A DNA stretch of 64,000 nt from Octopus sinensis (lineage: Eukaryota), in assembly GCF_006345805.1 (NCBI RefSeq), contig NC_042998.1, positions 73,532,001 to 73,596,000 on the forward strand. The letters run 5' to 3'. This document shows positions 27,386 to 42,427 of the stretch, piece after piece. Under the pieces are notes generated by a model. The model was not told the origin of the DNA and did not search any database. It saw only the letters and a program-made list of their open reading frames with translations. The position numbers and the translations under genes were made by a program. Numbering within the stretch: the first letter of the stretch is position 1; each line of letters starts with the position of its first letter.

Positions 27386-28984
27386 TACAACGTATAATAG
27401 TTGGGACGTATAAAGCGATTAAGTTGTTTTCCCTTCTTTTTCTGAAGCTCTAGAGTAGCTATAGTTATGGTCTGATGACATCTTATTGAAACCTTGTGAG
27501 AAAAAAATTGAAAATGAATAAATATTGGAAGGAAACAACACAGAAAATATACTTGAATGATAATATTGTAAGATGAGCAACTTGTTGACATGTTTACTAG
27601 CAATAGTTTGTTATGAGTTAGATCTGTTATGGAACATTCGCTGACAGCAATTTGATGACAGTTGCAGGACAAATACTCGAGCAAGAGCATTAGAGATCAG
27701 TGAAAGAAATAACATTCATAATAGTTCTAGAGGAGACTGTTACTGCTATTATCTATTTCTCGAAAAGAATTCCTGTGGCAATCGCAGACTAGAAAGCCTA
27801 GTTAAGTGAAAAAATAACACCAACAAAATAACAACTGTCACTTTCAGTGTAGAAGAGATATGAAAACATTTAACAAAGATTGAAGCAAATCTCGAAACCT
27901 GACACCCTATTGTGGCGTTGCCTTGGGTCGTATAGAAGTCTCACTGAAAATGAACTTTCACAAATCTTGTAAAACATTTTTTCAGTTGTAAGTGAACCAT
28001 ATCGAAGAAAGGTGAGAACATAAGAAAATGTGGATAGAGAGCTACAAAAGTCTATTATTAGTGGAGAGAGACAGGTGTGGAAGCCGTAGTAAGAAAATCA
28101 ACTGAGAAAAGAGCGAGGGCAAGAAAGAAAAGATTATAAAATCAAAGCGAATAGACTGCGATTGGCATAGTCATCAAAATAGAAAAGATGAAGTGACATG
28201 TGCGAAAGATACAGGTAGAATTGGAATAAAGTGGTATTTTCGAGAGGAGTGGTCACAAACGAGCAAACTAAGAAGTGGTACAACGGGTGTATTTTCTGAT
28301 CATAATTCAGTATATTTAATATAAAGCAACTTTTGGAGAACAAACTATGTGTTTACAATTATGAAATAAGCACTAATTACTACGCTGACAACTCATTAAC
28401 GTTAGTGTGAAAATTTACGGATATACAAAGCAATTTAATCAAGAATTTTATGGTGAAAATCAGCTAATGAATGTAAAAATGGCTCGTCACTGAACATTAA
28501 TCAATAGTGAAATTATTGCAGTTTAACTTCAAAATGGTCAACATAAATCTACTTCAGTCAGAACAGAAATGCTTTCATATAAAATATTATTCATAAAATC
28601 TAGTGATTATATATTTGATACTAAAGGTATTTACAAAAGAAATTTGTCCATGATATTTAACAATGTTTTTCATTTGATACTACTTGAACTCACATCAACG
28701 TGATAGCCCCTTCGTTACCTCTCGATCTGCTAAAAATAACTGTTAGATCTTTCTCTTGGTGCACTTTACCGTACTAAAAAAACAGCGGAGGAATAGACTG
28801 GTTAATGCAATTTATACTCTTTACTTCCTACAACATCAGGCCAACGCTTAACGTATAGCGTTTTCCTCCACAAGCCTAACGTCGCTGTCATAGCACATTT
28901 TAGTACGAGAATATAGATATAGTTTAACGTTGCCCTTTTTTCTCAGTATTTTCACAGGGCACCATTATGTCTGTGAGTACTGAA

Positions 28985-29210
28985 AAACTTTACTACAACT
29001 CACCCGACCTTCAGAATGTAAAGATCAAAAACAAATACCGCAAAGCATTTTGTTGAACCCCTAACAATTCCGCTGGTCAGCTGCTACCGACTAGTTCATT
29101 ATTTTATCAACATCAGGTGGATAAAAAGCTAAGTGGTCTTGGAGGGATTTGAACACAGAACGTAAAGAGGAAGAACAAATTTTTGCATATCATTTTGTTC
29201 GAAGCAACCA
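28985..29210 (-). mobile_element. Old degenerate SINE fragments
   Basis: ttattttatcaacatcaggtggataaaaagctaagtggtcttggagggatttgaacacagaacgtaa resembles the reverse complement of the 35500-35580 SINE domain. Confidence 0.55.
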
Positions 29211-32200
29211 TACGATTTACATAGTGTCTGATTTTTAAACTATATCCAAAGTCAGAATTTCAGAACTTTCTATTATTAAATTTTAGAAGCGCGGGTAGGG
29301 TAGAATGTATGGTGAAATGTTAAACGACCATTTTAAATTTTCTCAGATACAAGCTGAGTTCGCAAAGTTTTAAGTGAAAATGTTAGACATTCTGCTGGAG
29401 CTGCTGTTGTTGTTGCCGCTGCTGCTGTTGCTACCGCTGCTGCTGTTAAGAATGCTTCTGTCTAGTCCTTTGAGACAACCCATCAAGCAGAATTATAATC
29501 AAAAACATTGGAGTCGTGACCATTTTCCCCCTCAGTGAGAAACCAGAGCCGATGAATTCGTGACATACCTTTTCTTTCTGATTTCAAAACCAATCCAGAG
29601 CAATTTTCCATTTTATTCTCATTTAAATCATAATACAAATACCAGTAAACTACAATGGTCTATATATTAAAGATGATTATCTACAAAAATTTGAATTCCT
29701 GTGATAAAGTTAGAAATGCAATTTTCATATTTTATTGCAGTTACTAACTTTGGTTTTGGTTATGGCACTGCCATTAATGAGTTTTCTTCAAAATTATGTA
29801 GTTGCAAGTTTGACCCTATAGAACGACATATTGTGAAAGTATTTTATATCATGCTATAATAGCTTCGTGTGAATAAAGTAATGCGTGATATTGGTTTTGT
29901 ACCGAGTTACAACATTTTGCTTTCAAAGAAATCTGGTGAACTAGTAATTTGTCCTTTTAAAGCCTGCAACCAGCGATGCTATTGTGAACCAAGTGAAATA
30001 CAAAGCAAATGAGAAATACATAAATTGTATTAAAATATATGTATTATCAACTGTAATGATAAAAAGGTTCCCCTCAGACAACGTCTATATACCTTCCGGC
30101 AAACCATAGAAAGCTGAATTGTTATCGATGGAGTCAGCAAAAGTATTTTCAACCATTAAACAGTTACACAATAGTCAGTGCATATACGTAAATCTATTGA
30201 AAGCATCTTTTAAAATATCAAAAACCTCTGAAGAAGCTGAACCAACTAAAGATTGACATCTCCTCATGCATACACACACAAAATTATAACAATCGAAGTA
30301 TTATGACTTTAGAAAATTTAGAATTTCAAACTTCAAAACAACCATATTATTGATCCGAAAAATAGCGAATCTTTCATTTATTCGTTTATTTATTTATTTA
30401 TTTTATTTCTACAACAGATGTAAACAAACAATTTAATCAGATTTTGGGGTCTCAAGAAAAATCCAATTGGTTAATTCATGGATAAGACCAGATCATTGAT
30501 CTTTGAAGATATATGATATAGGTTTAAATAGTAGTTTCATAAGCATATATAAGAACAGAAATCAATAGTAAAAGTGGAATCCGAAATGTGGAATAAATTG
30601 TCAGTTTGCTTGATCTAGGAATATGGAAATATTTTAAATAGAAAACAAAAAAATATTTGAGAGAACATACATCAAGGAGAATCCCTTCAAGCAACAGCAA
30701 AAATCAGTAGAAGCCAACAACCGCACTACTGCGTTTTAGCAAACTCTACACTATTGAGCAGTAAACTCAATAGTACTCTTATAAACCAGATATAAAGACT
30801 TCTCCACAGCAAGTGTAGTTGGTCTTACTACACATGCAAATATATTTATCGATACACATACATACACAAACATCATTTCGGTGTGTGTGTGTGTGTGAGT
30901 GTAGGGAATGAAAAAGGTGAAGAGTTTTCTTTTTTCATTTTAACTGGAACCCAACTGCCCCAACAGAAACCTACTTTTCTGTATTTTCAGGAAGCGGAGG
31001 TTATCTCAATAATTCATGAATTTATCTTGCATGGAACTTTATATAACTTTATATATCTTTGTTATATATCCCAATGCACTCTTTCGTTCACAGGCCACTC
31101 TGACCCATTTCCCTTAGCTTATTTTTTGTGTTTCTTTTATGCAAATTGCTTAAGATTTATAAATCTTTTTTTTTTTTTGTATATACCTAAGTGTCTCTGC
31201 TTGAGATTAGGTTAGTAAACTGCTGTGATGATGACGCCTATTGTAACAAAGACATTTAAAACAGCTATCCCCTTGTTTCATGATAATTAGACAATATGTT
31301 CCTTAACGGCATGACAGTTTGGGAGAATTTTTGATTCTTGTGATTACTTTGTTTTCTCATTTAGAATTGTTCCCAATTGCTACCAAGCGACTTTTCTATC
31401 TATTTTGGAATCAGCGATAATTTCAATGAATCAAGAGATTGACTGACTTATGGTTCTTATTATTGAAAGGAGACAGTCACACCTTATCGAGTGTTTTCCT
31501 CCGCACACTTTTTCTAAACATGAGTAGTAGTCAATGAATGCATTTACATTCTTACTACATCTACAGGGTAGTTTTCTACAATGTGTGTCTTTGAGTATAT
31601 GTGTGTGTGTACGTATGTATACATACACACACACACGCGCGCGCGCACATAAATGTGTGCAGAGAAATGAAGTTTAGTTTTCTGCGTTCCAGGACTTGAT
31701 TTTAGCTGAGTAACTAGTTCTTAGGTATCAGTGCTTATAGTATTGTCAGATAAAAGGCGATATTTTTATATGCTGTCTTAATGTTGTCTGTGAGGATCCT
31801 GGTGTACGCTGCAATGGTTAGTCTGTCTATGTCTTTGGTTTTGTCTGCAAGACAGTAGGGAGGGTGTGATTGATTAATGTGTCATACAATTTTAGGAACA
31901 TATTGCTTCATTTGTTCAGTTGCCTCTCTTACTGCTCATGTGTATTACCTTGCTAACCGTAAAGCTTTAATTGCATGTTCGTCCTCTTCTATATAACACA
32001 TTTCTTTGGTCACAATATTTCACCTTTTATTATTCTGGCGAGAGATCCTTTGTCTTGTATCCTTCCAAGTTTTATATGTTCTCCACTGAGCTTATCATCT
32101 CTTTCATTTGCAATAAGTCTCTACCACCTCACTACCTTTTCTCATGCTTCTTTTCCTTTTATATCAATCCCATTAACTCAACCACACGCATAGAAGTGCA

Positions 32201-33397
32201 GCAGGAAGTAGCACTGAACTTTGGTCACTTTAAACCTCTTCTACAGGTCAAGCAAAATGCAACTGGAGGTTATTTTGTTGGGGAAGTAGTCAACGTAAAC
32301 AACACGTGTTGTTCAACCTGTGGAATATGGTATTTGCTACAGAGAAGAAAAGAAATCAATCATTTTGGAGACTTGATTTCTTCTTCAGGGGGAATAAAAA
32401 ATTACAGAGGGGTTTTATTTCCGCCAGGACACAAAATATCGGATGACAAAAATGAATAAAGTAGAGGAAGGATGCGAAAGAAACGATGCCGTGATGGAAA
32501 GAAAATCGCCTACGCATGAGGTGACGGGTAGTAGGAGAGGCGAGAAGGTTACACAATGTACGAGAACATAGATTGTGGAGGACAGAGTCCAAAACAATAG
32601 TAAAATATTAATCACTTAAATCAGTAAAGACCAGATGAATGAAGTAGAAGATAAATGAGGATGCTGAAGAAGCAAAGAACGAATAGAAATATATACATGA
32701 TGAATAGGCCACATATGTAGACAGAAAAACACAATGGCGGTGATAGAGCGGTCAAAAAATGGAATGAATATAAAAAGTTCGTACGAGGAAGATTTAAGGA
32801 ATTAACTAGGTTTAAGAAATTGCCATTTTGAAATTTGGTTCAGAAAATGGACATAGCAGCGGTATAGTAGATGGTAACGATAGGTAGTGGAGGAAAACAG
32901 TTGAAAATTTACGCATTCAACATTTAGCAGGTGCATTATCTAAAAGTACACATAGTAGTAACATACATATGAACACACACACACACACACATATTTATAT
33001 ATACGCTTAAAGCAATAAACACATGTATGTGTTTGAGTGTATGTGTGTGTGTGTGCGCATGTGTGCGTGCGTACGTATATATGTGAATGTGTGTGTTTGT
33101 GTTTGTGTATGTGTCTACATACACGCCCACGTACATAAACCCTCATATCTAACGAAGAGAATGTAAGACATTCATTGATAAATATGGGCGAGGAAAAGCT
33201 TAAAGTTTAATGATTAATTTTATCTCACTATGCTTAGGGATGAGGTTTGAGTTATGATGTCAGCTATTGCAACACACACACGCGCACACACACACACACA
33301 TACACACACACACACACAAACAGTTGCACATAAATTTAACAATATATCTATATGTGAATATATATATAATATATATATATATATATGCTATATATAT

Positions 33398-33447
<50 letters not shown>

Positions 33448-33512
33448 AAATATATATATATATATACATATCATTATACACATGTGTGTATGTATATACA
33501 TGCACACAAATA

Positions 33513-34551
33513 CAAAAGTAAGTCCAAAAGTATTGTACGCTCTCTTGTCTCTATAATTTATTAAAACAAAAACAGAGATGGAACAATTTCATCGTTCTTC
33601 GACATAATCACTTTGCTTTTCAGTGAACTTTTTCCAGCGCACCCCATTCTTGATTATTCCATCGGAAAAGAAAGTCTTGGCTGCTCATGCAGCCATTTAT
33701 GCACCGCCTCCAGCCCTTCTTCGTTCGTAGCAGATCGACGACCTTGTAATGGTAGTTTGAGCAGTCCAAAGAGCTGATAGTCGAAAGGGACGAGATCTGG
33801 ACTCTACGCTAGGTGTCCCAGCAATTCGAAAACCAATTTTTGCAATGATTTCAACAATATTGGCGGTTGTGTGTATGTAGACGTGCATTGCCGTGCAACA
33901 ACTTGATTCGACAATAGACTTCGGTGTTTGGTGCGAATTATTGGATTCAGTTTGTTGGTAAGTATTTCACTGTAGCCTACATAGGTAACAGTAGAGCCCT
34001 TTAACAGACAATGTTCCAGCATAGGCCACTTTCCGTCTCAGAAAACAGTTAACATAACTTTTTCGGGGGCAGGCTGTCTTGAATTTCTTTTTCACTGGTG
34101 ATTCCGACTGTCTCCACTCCATATTCTTCCTTTTGGATTTTGTTGGTAAATGGTGGACGTGTAGGTTTAATTTCTTTAAAAGGGCTTCGCCTTCATCGTT
34201 AAAGCGGTCAAGTGATCGTTGAGAAATCTTCACATGATTATGCTTATGCGCTTCGGTAATCCCTTTTGGCACTCATCTCACACAGAATTCACGGATCCAC
34301 TCATACTCACTTGTGTGGCTGAATGTTACCTCGGTATTGTTCTGAAAGCCTGCAATGAATTTCAGCCCTAACACACATTTAGACCAGATAAATCGGATCA
34401 TTGATCTCTGTTCCTCCTTAATGAACACTGCCAGCGGAACAGCGAACTAAGTTAAACCTTGATTACGTAACCATAAGTGTAACACGTTTGTATACGTGTA
34501 CATAAGGTAGTGCGGTCAACCAAAAGAAATATAATTTTTTAATTCCTCTTG
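33513..34551 (-). pseudogene. mariner (DD34D-type) transposase remnant with degenerate TIRs
   Basis: PKGITEAHKHNHVKISQRSLDRFNDEGEALLKK..MEWRQSESPVKKKFK; LEHCLLKGSTVT..YSEILTNKLNPIIRTKHRSLLSNQVV. TA-flanked ends match at about 15/21 positions. Confidence 0.85.
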
Positions 34552-35439
34552 TATATATGTGTGAGTGTGTATATGTGTATTCATATCTGTATATAATATA
34601 TAAATATATAATGATTCTATGCGTACACGTATATATGTGTGTATATACATGCGTAGACTGCTGCAGCAAACTTCTTCATTACATATACAGCTTGGGCTGA
34701 AGCAGTGCTGTGTATTGTTTTATACAAGATATCATTATATATTTTTATGTTCACGTCAGAAATACATGGTTCCGCGATCGATCCCAATGCTTGGCACTTG
34801 GGAAAATTAGCTGCTCCCTCGGTTTCATCAATATTTTACAGTGAAATTCAGCTGACGGGCACTGTGTGGGAACCGTGGAGGTTATCTTTTTTTATTCATA
34901 GTAACGAGACTTGCTTGACTTTTGGATGCCATGAGTGGAGTCCGCTTATCATAAAGGCTTTGAAAAGGGTCGTATACATTGTCCTCCTTCTTTTGACTAA
35001 ACTCTTAGAATCAATGGGAATAATCTTGAGGATGGTGGGAGGGTGCTGCGTGTGGTGGTAGGGGGCTGCAAGCAGGGATAGCTGAGGGCTGTCAGTTAGT
35101 AGGTTAATAGCGTGTGGTCTGGCCCCTGTTTTGCACGGTGTTGAAGTAATTCACTTCACAGGTATGTGGTTTTCAATTCAGTCTTATTGTACGACACCTA
35201 CGTAGAGCATATGTCTTCTACTATAAACCTCTGGCCAACCAAACATTTTTTATTAGATTTGGTAGATGAAGGTATATACTTCTGTGTGTATGGCTGTGTG
35301 TATGTACACATTCATCCATATGTCTATGTGTATGTGTGCGCGTGCATGGGTGTAGATGTGTGTGCATGTGTACAACTTTGTGTTTGTATTTTCCCACACC
35401 TCTAGACAACTAGTGTTGGTTTGTAAGTTACTGGTATGA

Positions 35440-35850
35440 CAGCGAGCTGACAGAAACGTTAGCACGCCGAGCGAAATACTTAGCGGTATTTTGTCTGCCG
35501 TTACGTTCTGAGTTCAAATTCCGCCGAGGTCGACTTTGCCTTTCATCTTTTCGGGGTCGATTAATTAAGTACCAGTTACGCACTGGGGTCGATGTCATCG
35601 ATTGAATCTGTTTGTCTGTCCTTGTTTGTCCTCTCTGTGTTTAGTCCCTCGTGAGTAGTAAAGAAATTGGTATTTTGTCTGCCGTTACGTTCTGAGTTCA
35701 AATTCCGCCGAGGTCAACTTTGCCTTTCATCGTTTCGATGTCGAATTAAATAAGTACCAGTTACGCACTGGGTCGATAAAATCGACTTAATCCCTTTGTC
35801 TGTCCTTGTTTGTCTCCTCTGTGTTTAGCCCCTTGTGAGCAATAAAGAAT
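35440..35850 (+). mobile_element. SINE with tandemly duplicated 184-bp body
   Basis: B-box gagttcaaattccgcc and domain gaggtc.actttgcctttcatc.tttcg...gtcga..taa.taagtaccagttacgcactggg repeated at 35485 and 35669. The domain resembles Meta/MESC-type SINEs (from memory, unverified). Confidence 0.88.
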
Positions 35851-37075
35851 TAAGAATTAGAGCATTAGAACGATTTCCAAACTCAAGGCATTGTCCCAGC
35901 ATGGCCGCACTCGAAAGATTGAATCATGTAAGGTAATAAAAAATAAAGAATTCGCTTCCTTAGCCAAGTCTGATTTGGTGTTAAACAATAACATCAACAA
36001 CAATAACAGCAATGTACACATGAAAAGAAAATCGGTTTACATTCAGATAAGAGACTCTATCTAATATATCAGTCATTCAATGAAATTACAATTCTCTCCT
36101 GCTGGCACATATATTTATTACAGTTTGACAACTTTATTGAACTGATTTTACCGACGCTACTAACCACTAATCCCATCCTCGTTCTAGACTTTTCTTTATT
36201 ACACTACATTGCACCATATTAAACTACAACACATCTATACGTCAAAAGAAAAAAAAGAACCCACATCAATACATTCAGACTGTTATATCTCAATATTTCA
36301 TATATCTCTATTTCAGGAAATTGTTTATATCAACGTCACCATCATCATCAGTATAGACAACAGCTGAAGCAACAGCGGTTTCAGGTCACGTATAATGTGA
36401 GGCTTAGCTGACATACAGTAGATGGCAATAAAACAAGTTTTATTAACCGACACTTCAGCCATTTTGAGAGATAAAGTAAGTATTTTCTTTACATTTTTTA
36501 TTTGTCTTATAGTTCGGTTGAAGTTAATCCTTGGCAAATATATTTGATGCCTATGTCTCCAGAAACGGTAAAATACATATGTGTATTTTCCTTAGCACTT
36601 CTTACAATTTACAAGAAATAATTGAGATTTGCAGATAATGTGAGAGCATATCTTTTTACTTTGCTTACATTATGATTACTTTTTATGGTTCACTAAGGGG
36701 AGGAGGAAAAGAATTTAGCTTTTTTTTTTCTTTTCCAGTCGAAGTAGATGTTATATACAAAAAAAAAAAAACGAAACACCAGCTGAGATTCTTAGATATC
36801 ACGTGATTATAGCCATTTCTACACAACAATGTGCTTTGAACTTTCAAATCATTTGAAATCTCAGCCCGCATTTCTAAGCAAAAGAGAAACTTACAAGTGA
36901 TTCACCCACTTTAATCATGATTTAGGAGAAATTGAATTGAGCACCATATACGTGTATGTATGTGCGTGTGTGTGTGTGTGTAAATATATAAACATATTTA
37001 TGTGTGTTTGTGTGTGTGAGCGTGTGTGTCTGTATGGCGTTTTATGTATATGTGTGTATATGTATATATATGTGC

Positions 37076-37113
<38 letters not shown>

Positions 37114-37946
37114 TTCCAAGTGCCTAGCTAGGCTCGGATAATACAACTTATCTATCTCTAGAGAAAAGTTCTACCTGAAATTCTGCAGGATTCTGCATCA
37201 AAGACACGAATCGGTGTTCTTTTGTTATTTGTTTTTGTTTTTTTGTTTTTTGTAACATTTTTATTAACATACTTTAATTCTACTTATATTTCTTCATTTT
37301 GAAAAAAATCTAACCAATAAATTCTGTTAACGTGTAATAGAATTTCAGGCCAGAATAAGCGTATTAAGTTCCTATAGTGGGGATAATGTTATTTTCTGTT
37401 AATAACATAAAATATGAGAACGTCATCACACTGAACTTCTAGCCTCTATGACCAACAGAAGACTGATGTCTTGAGGCAATTATGAAATGCGAGACTTCTA
37501 AATCTCTTTGTGTATATCCATATACGTTGGTCGAGGGTATCTGTGAATCTGTGTGCGCATGTGTATGCGTTTTACTTTATTTTTTATGAGTGTAAGTACG
37601 GATGTTTTTTTTGTTTTTTTTTTCATGAGAGGATACTAATAACAAGTTCGAGATACATTCTCGATGCCGTTAAACAAGAGCTATTATAGAAATATCATTC
37701 TATACGACTCTAATTCTCTAATAATTACTATAGCATCATCACATAAGTTCACAAATAGTTTGTAATTTAATTAAAGCTGACCGAACATGTTCTTTAAGAT
37801 AATCTGTCACATCTTCATTACGACTAATTCATATACGCCTTAATAACGTCGCCCACTGCATGAATGAAATTAACATACACACAGGCAATAGATATACACA
37901 CATGCAATAGATATACACACAATTACATATATGTTCATGCATAACA

Positions 37947-38287
<341 letters not shown>

Positions 38288-40978
38288 ACAATAATAACAT
38301 CTAAAAGAACATGCTTCGTTTCCATTCACCTTCAGTGAATGCAGTCTTGGCTAAGAGGCATTGATGACATGCGATATATATGTGAAGATACATGACCTTG
38401 TAGTTATGAGGTTGCTCGCAAGATTGTGGTTTCAATTCCGAACTGAGCGATGTGTCGTGTTCATGAGAAAATCACTTCATTTCATATTACTCTGCAATTA
38501 CTTTGACATGTTGTCAATGGCATGGATGCCTTTGAACAATAGCTTGCTGCCACAGAGATATCAAGGGGCTAAGCAACACCAACAATTACCCTGTTCCCTT
38601 CAACCCAACAGGATCACTGTTGCTGGTAGTGTTCCTTTCGTTACTCTCACACACTTCCTACTCAGGGCGAGCTGCTATTTTAGCCAAACGCATCAATCTT
38701 TCTACAGTCTTGTTACACGTAACGTTATATGTCCAGTCCCAATAAAAAAGGCAGTCGCTGTGACAGTATTCTATCGATCTATTATTTTAACGTTCACTTT
38801 ATTATCAACCTCCTGTGTCTCTCCCTCCTCACTAACTGATAACCCTCTTTTCAATGACTGATAATATAGTTTCTGTAGAATCCGATCTGTATATATTTTC
38901 TTGCTTCGTGTATTAATGTCAGTGGATCATGAGAAATTGCATGACAGCAATGTTGAAATATTTTACATTTAGAAAACCTTCAAAAGTATCACAGACGAGA
39001 ACTTCTTACCTAACATTCTCACCCATAGTTCTCCTTTCTCTTTCAACATTTTTTTTATCGGAAAAATTCCAAACTGACAGCTCTATCTGCATAATATCAT
39101 CTTTGTTGTGTCGTCTTACAGACACATGCGTTTCTCTGTACAGTTGCAATTCCTCTTGTTACATATTACAACACTCACTTCTTTCTATATATGTAATCAC
39201 CTTCTAGTTCTCCTTAAATTTTAGAACTACAGGTGTTATCTCCATGCCACTGGAACACCAACCTCCAACCTTACAACTCTCCAAATATGCTATTCTCGTT
39301 GAATTTTCCCTTTTATCAAACACATACCTTTTCCTTTCTCTGCTCTATCTTTCTCCTGTCTGTTAAGTTTCTATCGACCATTGACCTCCCTAGACACATA
39401 CCTGCTTTTCTAGTTTCATAGAGACACGAATACTTTGAACTGACACGTCCAAATTTCAGCGTGTAGGTGTGTGTATTTAACTTAAACAGCAAAGAATTTC
39501 CAAAGAGCAGCAACATATTCCATGTTTACCAATTCATTTCAGATCATTTAATATTTCAGTAACGATTCTGCCTCAAAGTAAACAAGTCATTGCTTTATAG
39601 CTAATTATTAACTCATTGATCATTAGTACCTTTTAAACATATATATATATATATTGTTGACTTGGGGAAAAGTATACATACATATGTACAATATACATAG
39701 GTTTCTTAGTCTGAGTTGAATTATATAACTGTTGTATAGTAAGAATTACACGAAGAAAGCTAGAGTTGAGGCGGCGGTAAAATATCTGTAAATAACAGGT
39801 GTTATTTACGTGTACAGATAGAGAGAGAGCAAAGGAAACCAGTTATCACAGAAATTCGTTGTTGATTATGGCTACGAGGAAAACAACAACAGCAGCAGTA
39901 GCAGCAGCAGCAGCAAATGCATCAAGAATAAGAAGAAACCAACTTCAAGGATAATGATGTTGACGATAACAGCGATATTAACATCCGCAACAACAGCAGC
40001 AACAGCAGCAACAGCATTAACAACAACAACAACAACAAAATACTTTAAAACATTTCTGTAGCTTCCCTTTATTCATAATCTAAGCCGATAAACTGATTTC
40101 GTAAAAGAGAAACATAATTATACATATATATGTACATACATACAAAGAGACATATAGACATGTGTGTGTGCGTGCGCGCGTGCATGTATGAATGAATAAG
40201 GTGCTATGTTTAAAGTGATTTGGTATTACAGATTGAATAAACAGTCAAAACTAAATGAAAATTATTTTCAGTTTTAGAAGATTTGTTTGGTTTGCTTTTG
40301 TTACGCTCGATGTAGCCAGGTAATATCTTCTTTAAAAGTTACAAAGTCTTTTATAAACCTACAAACTCATAAGCGTTAGTGGAATCATGACAATATGTAA
40401 GTATAATTGATAGCACAAGGCACAAAACAATAGATATATTTAATCCAATATAACATTTGAACATCTCAGATTTAATAGCGTTAGTCTGTAGGCATCTGAT
40501 CATTAAGTATTCGATGCAAGCCATTTTGCCTGAAACGACTTTGATTTAGGAAGATAACTGTTGGTTGCGTGACGAGAAAATATTCAGAACATAATACATT
40601 GTTGACCAGAAGAACTATAAATGTTGTCATGACAACGTTGGCTCGAATACAAAACTATGGATTTCAAGTGTCTATCAACGGGGAAACGGTATATAGTTGA
40701 AAAGGCTTGACGAAACAGAGAACTGGCAATATAATCAGTCTTCAGTTTAGAATTCATTCCGTCACATCAGGCCGCGGAAATCAAAAAATAAAATTCAAAA
40801 GTCGCGTTTCAGAATTAGATAAACTTTCAGACAGTTTTTTGGGGGGATCTTCCATTATATCCATGACTAACACATTATTATCAACTCAATTCCTACGTCT
40901 GTAGGAGTGTACCACATGAAAATATTTTATGAGATTTTTGGATGGGGGTGGGTATGAACCATTTTTAAGTAATAACTA

Positions 40979-41183
40979 CAAACGGGTACTGAAAGATGGG
41001 TAAATGAAAATACAGGAGGATCAGTTAATTATGAGTTTATTCAACATATTCACCACTCAGATTCACACTTATCGCAACGGTCCTTCAGTTTTTCTACGCC
41101 TTGTAGAAGAACTCAGAAGGTTGGGCCTCCAACCAGGCCTTTCGTGATACCTTTAAAGCCAGGAACTTTTCAGCACATCCTCG
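40979..41183 (-). mobile_element. mariner-derived MITE-like deletion derivative (~205 bp)
   Basis: The minus strand starts TA|cgaggatgtgctgaaaagttcctggc (mariner-type TIR) and joins directly to the C-terminal WLEAQPSEFFYK...GEYVE*. The left TIR is degenerate. Confidence 0.7.
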
Positions 41184-41344
41184 TATATATTTTGATATAG
41201 TTGCATTATTTGGAAGCCTTTATACTAATTTCGCTTCAATTTGCAAGTGATGCTTGTCTCGAAAGCATTGTTTTTATTTTCTCCTCGATAATACAGCGAC
41301 TGTTAAACAAGCCTAATTTATTTAATTTATAAGAACTCGAATTT

Positions 41345-41700
41345 AGAATTGGAAACGTTGTAACGGTGGTTTCAGGAATTTTACTGAGGAGACGAGAGCT
41401 TTCACAGAGAATCACGAGGGAAGCCAAAATCTGTCGTAAATGAAAACGAGTTAAATCAACTGCTGAAAATTCGCGACCAAGAGTTCAACAAATTACAACA
41501 GACTTGGCAGCATTTCCTATAGTTGTTACTTGTCAATTGTGTTTCAACAGAAGTGTGAAGAAGTTGGATAAATGGTATACACAACTATTAATAGAACGGA
41601 GATGTGTCCACCACGTCTATTCCACAGCAAAAAATGAAATATTACTCGTTAACGTTACTTGAGGAGAGGTATGGGTATTACTTCACGAAGATACAGGACT
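41345..41700 (+). pseudogene. mariner (Mos1-like) N-terminal fragment
   Basis: TL*RWFQEFY*GDES (cf. TV.RWF.KF.SGD.SL) and KKLDKWYTQLL (cf. KLDKWVPHEL). Confidence 0.65.
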
Positions 41701-42149
41701 ACATAATTAAATGCCGGTGAGAGTTCAAAGCATTTTCTAAAGCCAGTGCTATATTAAGAAATCTTATAATGACATTTCTATTTAATTTATGTATTTAGTT
41801 ACTTTTTCTGGAATCAACAATATAAATAAAAGATGGAATAATCAAGAATAATCAAGACTAATTAATACTGAGTGGCTCATTTTGCTGTGGCATAACCCTC
41901 TGCCAACGCAATTCCCATATCACTCTACGAAAATTACGCTACGCAAGGTAATTTTAACACACCACCTTTGATTTATATAAAAATTCAAAAAATTAAGACT
42001 CCCAGTACATTTTCAGCTTCGTTTATATATATATATATATGTATATGTATGTATGCATATATATATATATATTATATATATATATATATTATATATATAT
42101 ATATATATATAGATATATATATATATAGATATATATATATATATATATA

Positions 42150-42313
42150 TTGGTAAAAACGGTAAGATAACAAAAGAAAGAAAGAGACCTCAATATTATG
42201 TAAATAGAGGAAATTTATCTATAAAACATGTTACATTACTCAATAGTCAAGATAAAACTCTGAGTTTCATCTGAAACTCAGAGTTTTATCTTGACTATTG
42301 AGTAATGTAACAT
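42150..42313. repeat. Fold-back copy of the hammerhead-bearing repeat; perfect palindrome 42228-42313
   Basis: 42150-42269 is homologous to 54788-54902. The arms atgttacattactcaatagtcaagataaaactctgagtttca / tgaaactcagagttttatcttgactattgagtaatgtaacat are 42/42 complementary around a 2-nt spacer. Confidence 0.93.
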
Positions 42314-42315
42314 AT

Positions 42316-42427
<112 letters not shown>

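Noticed and set aside
31971-32459. 162-aa non-repetitive ORF
   Set aside because: The N-terminal half is low-complexity F/S/L, there is no recognisable domain, and the start context is weak.
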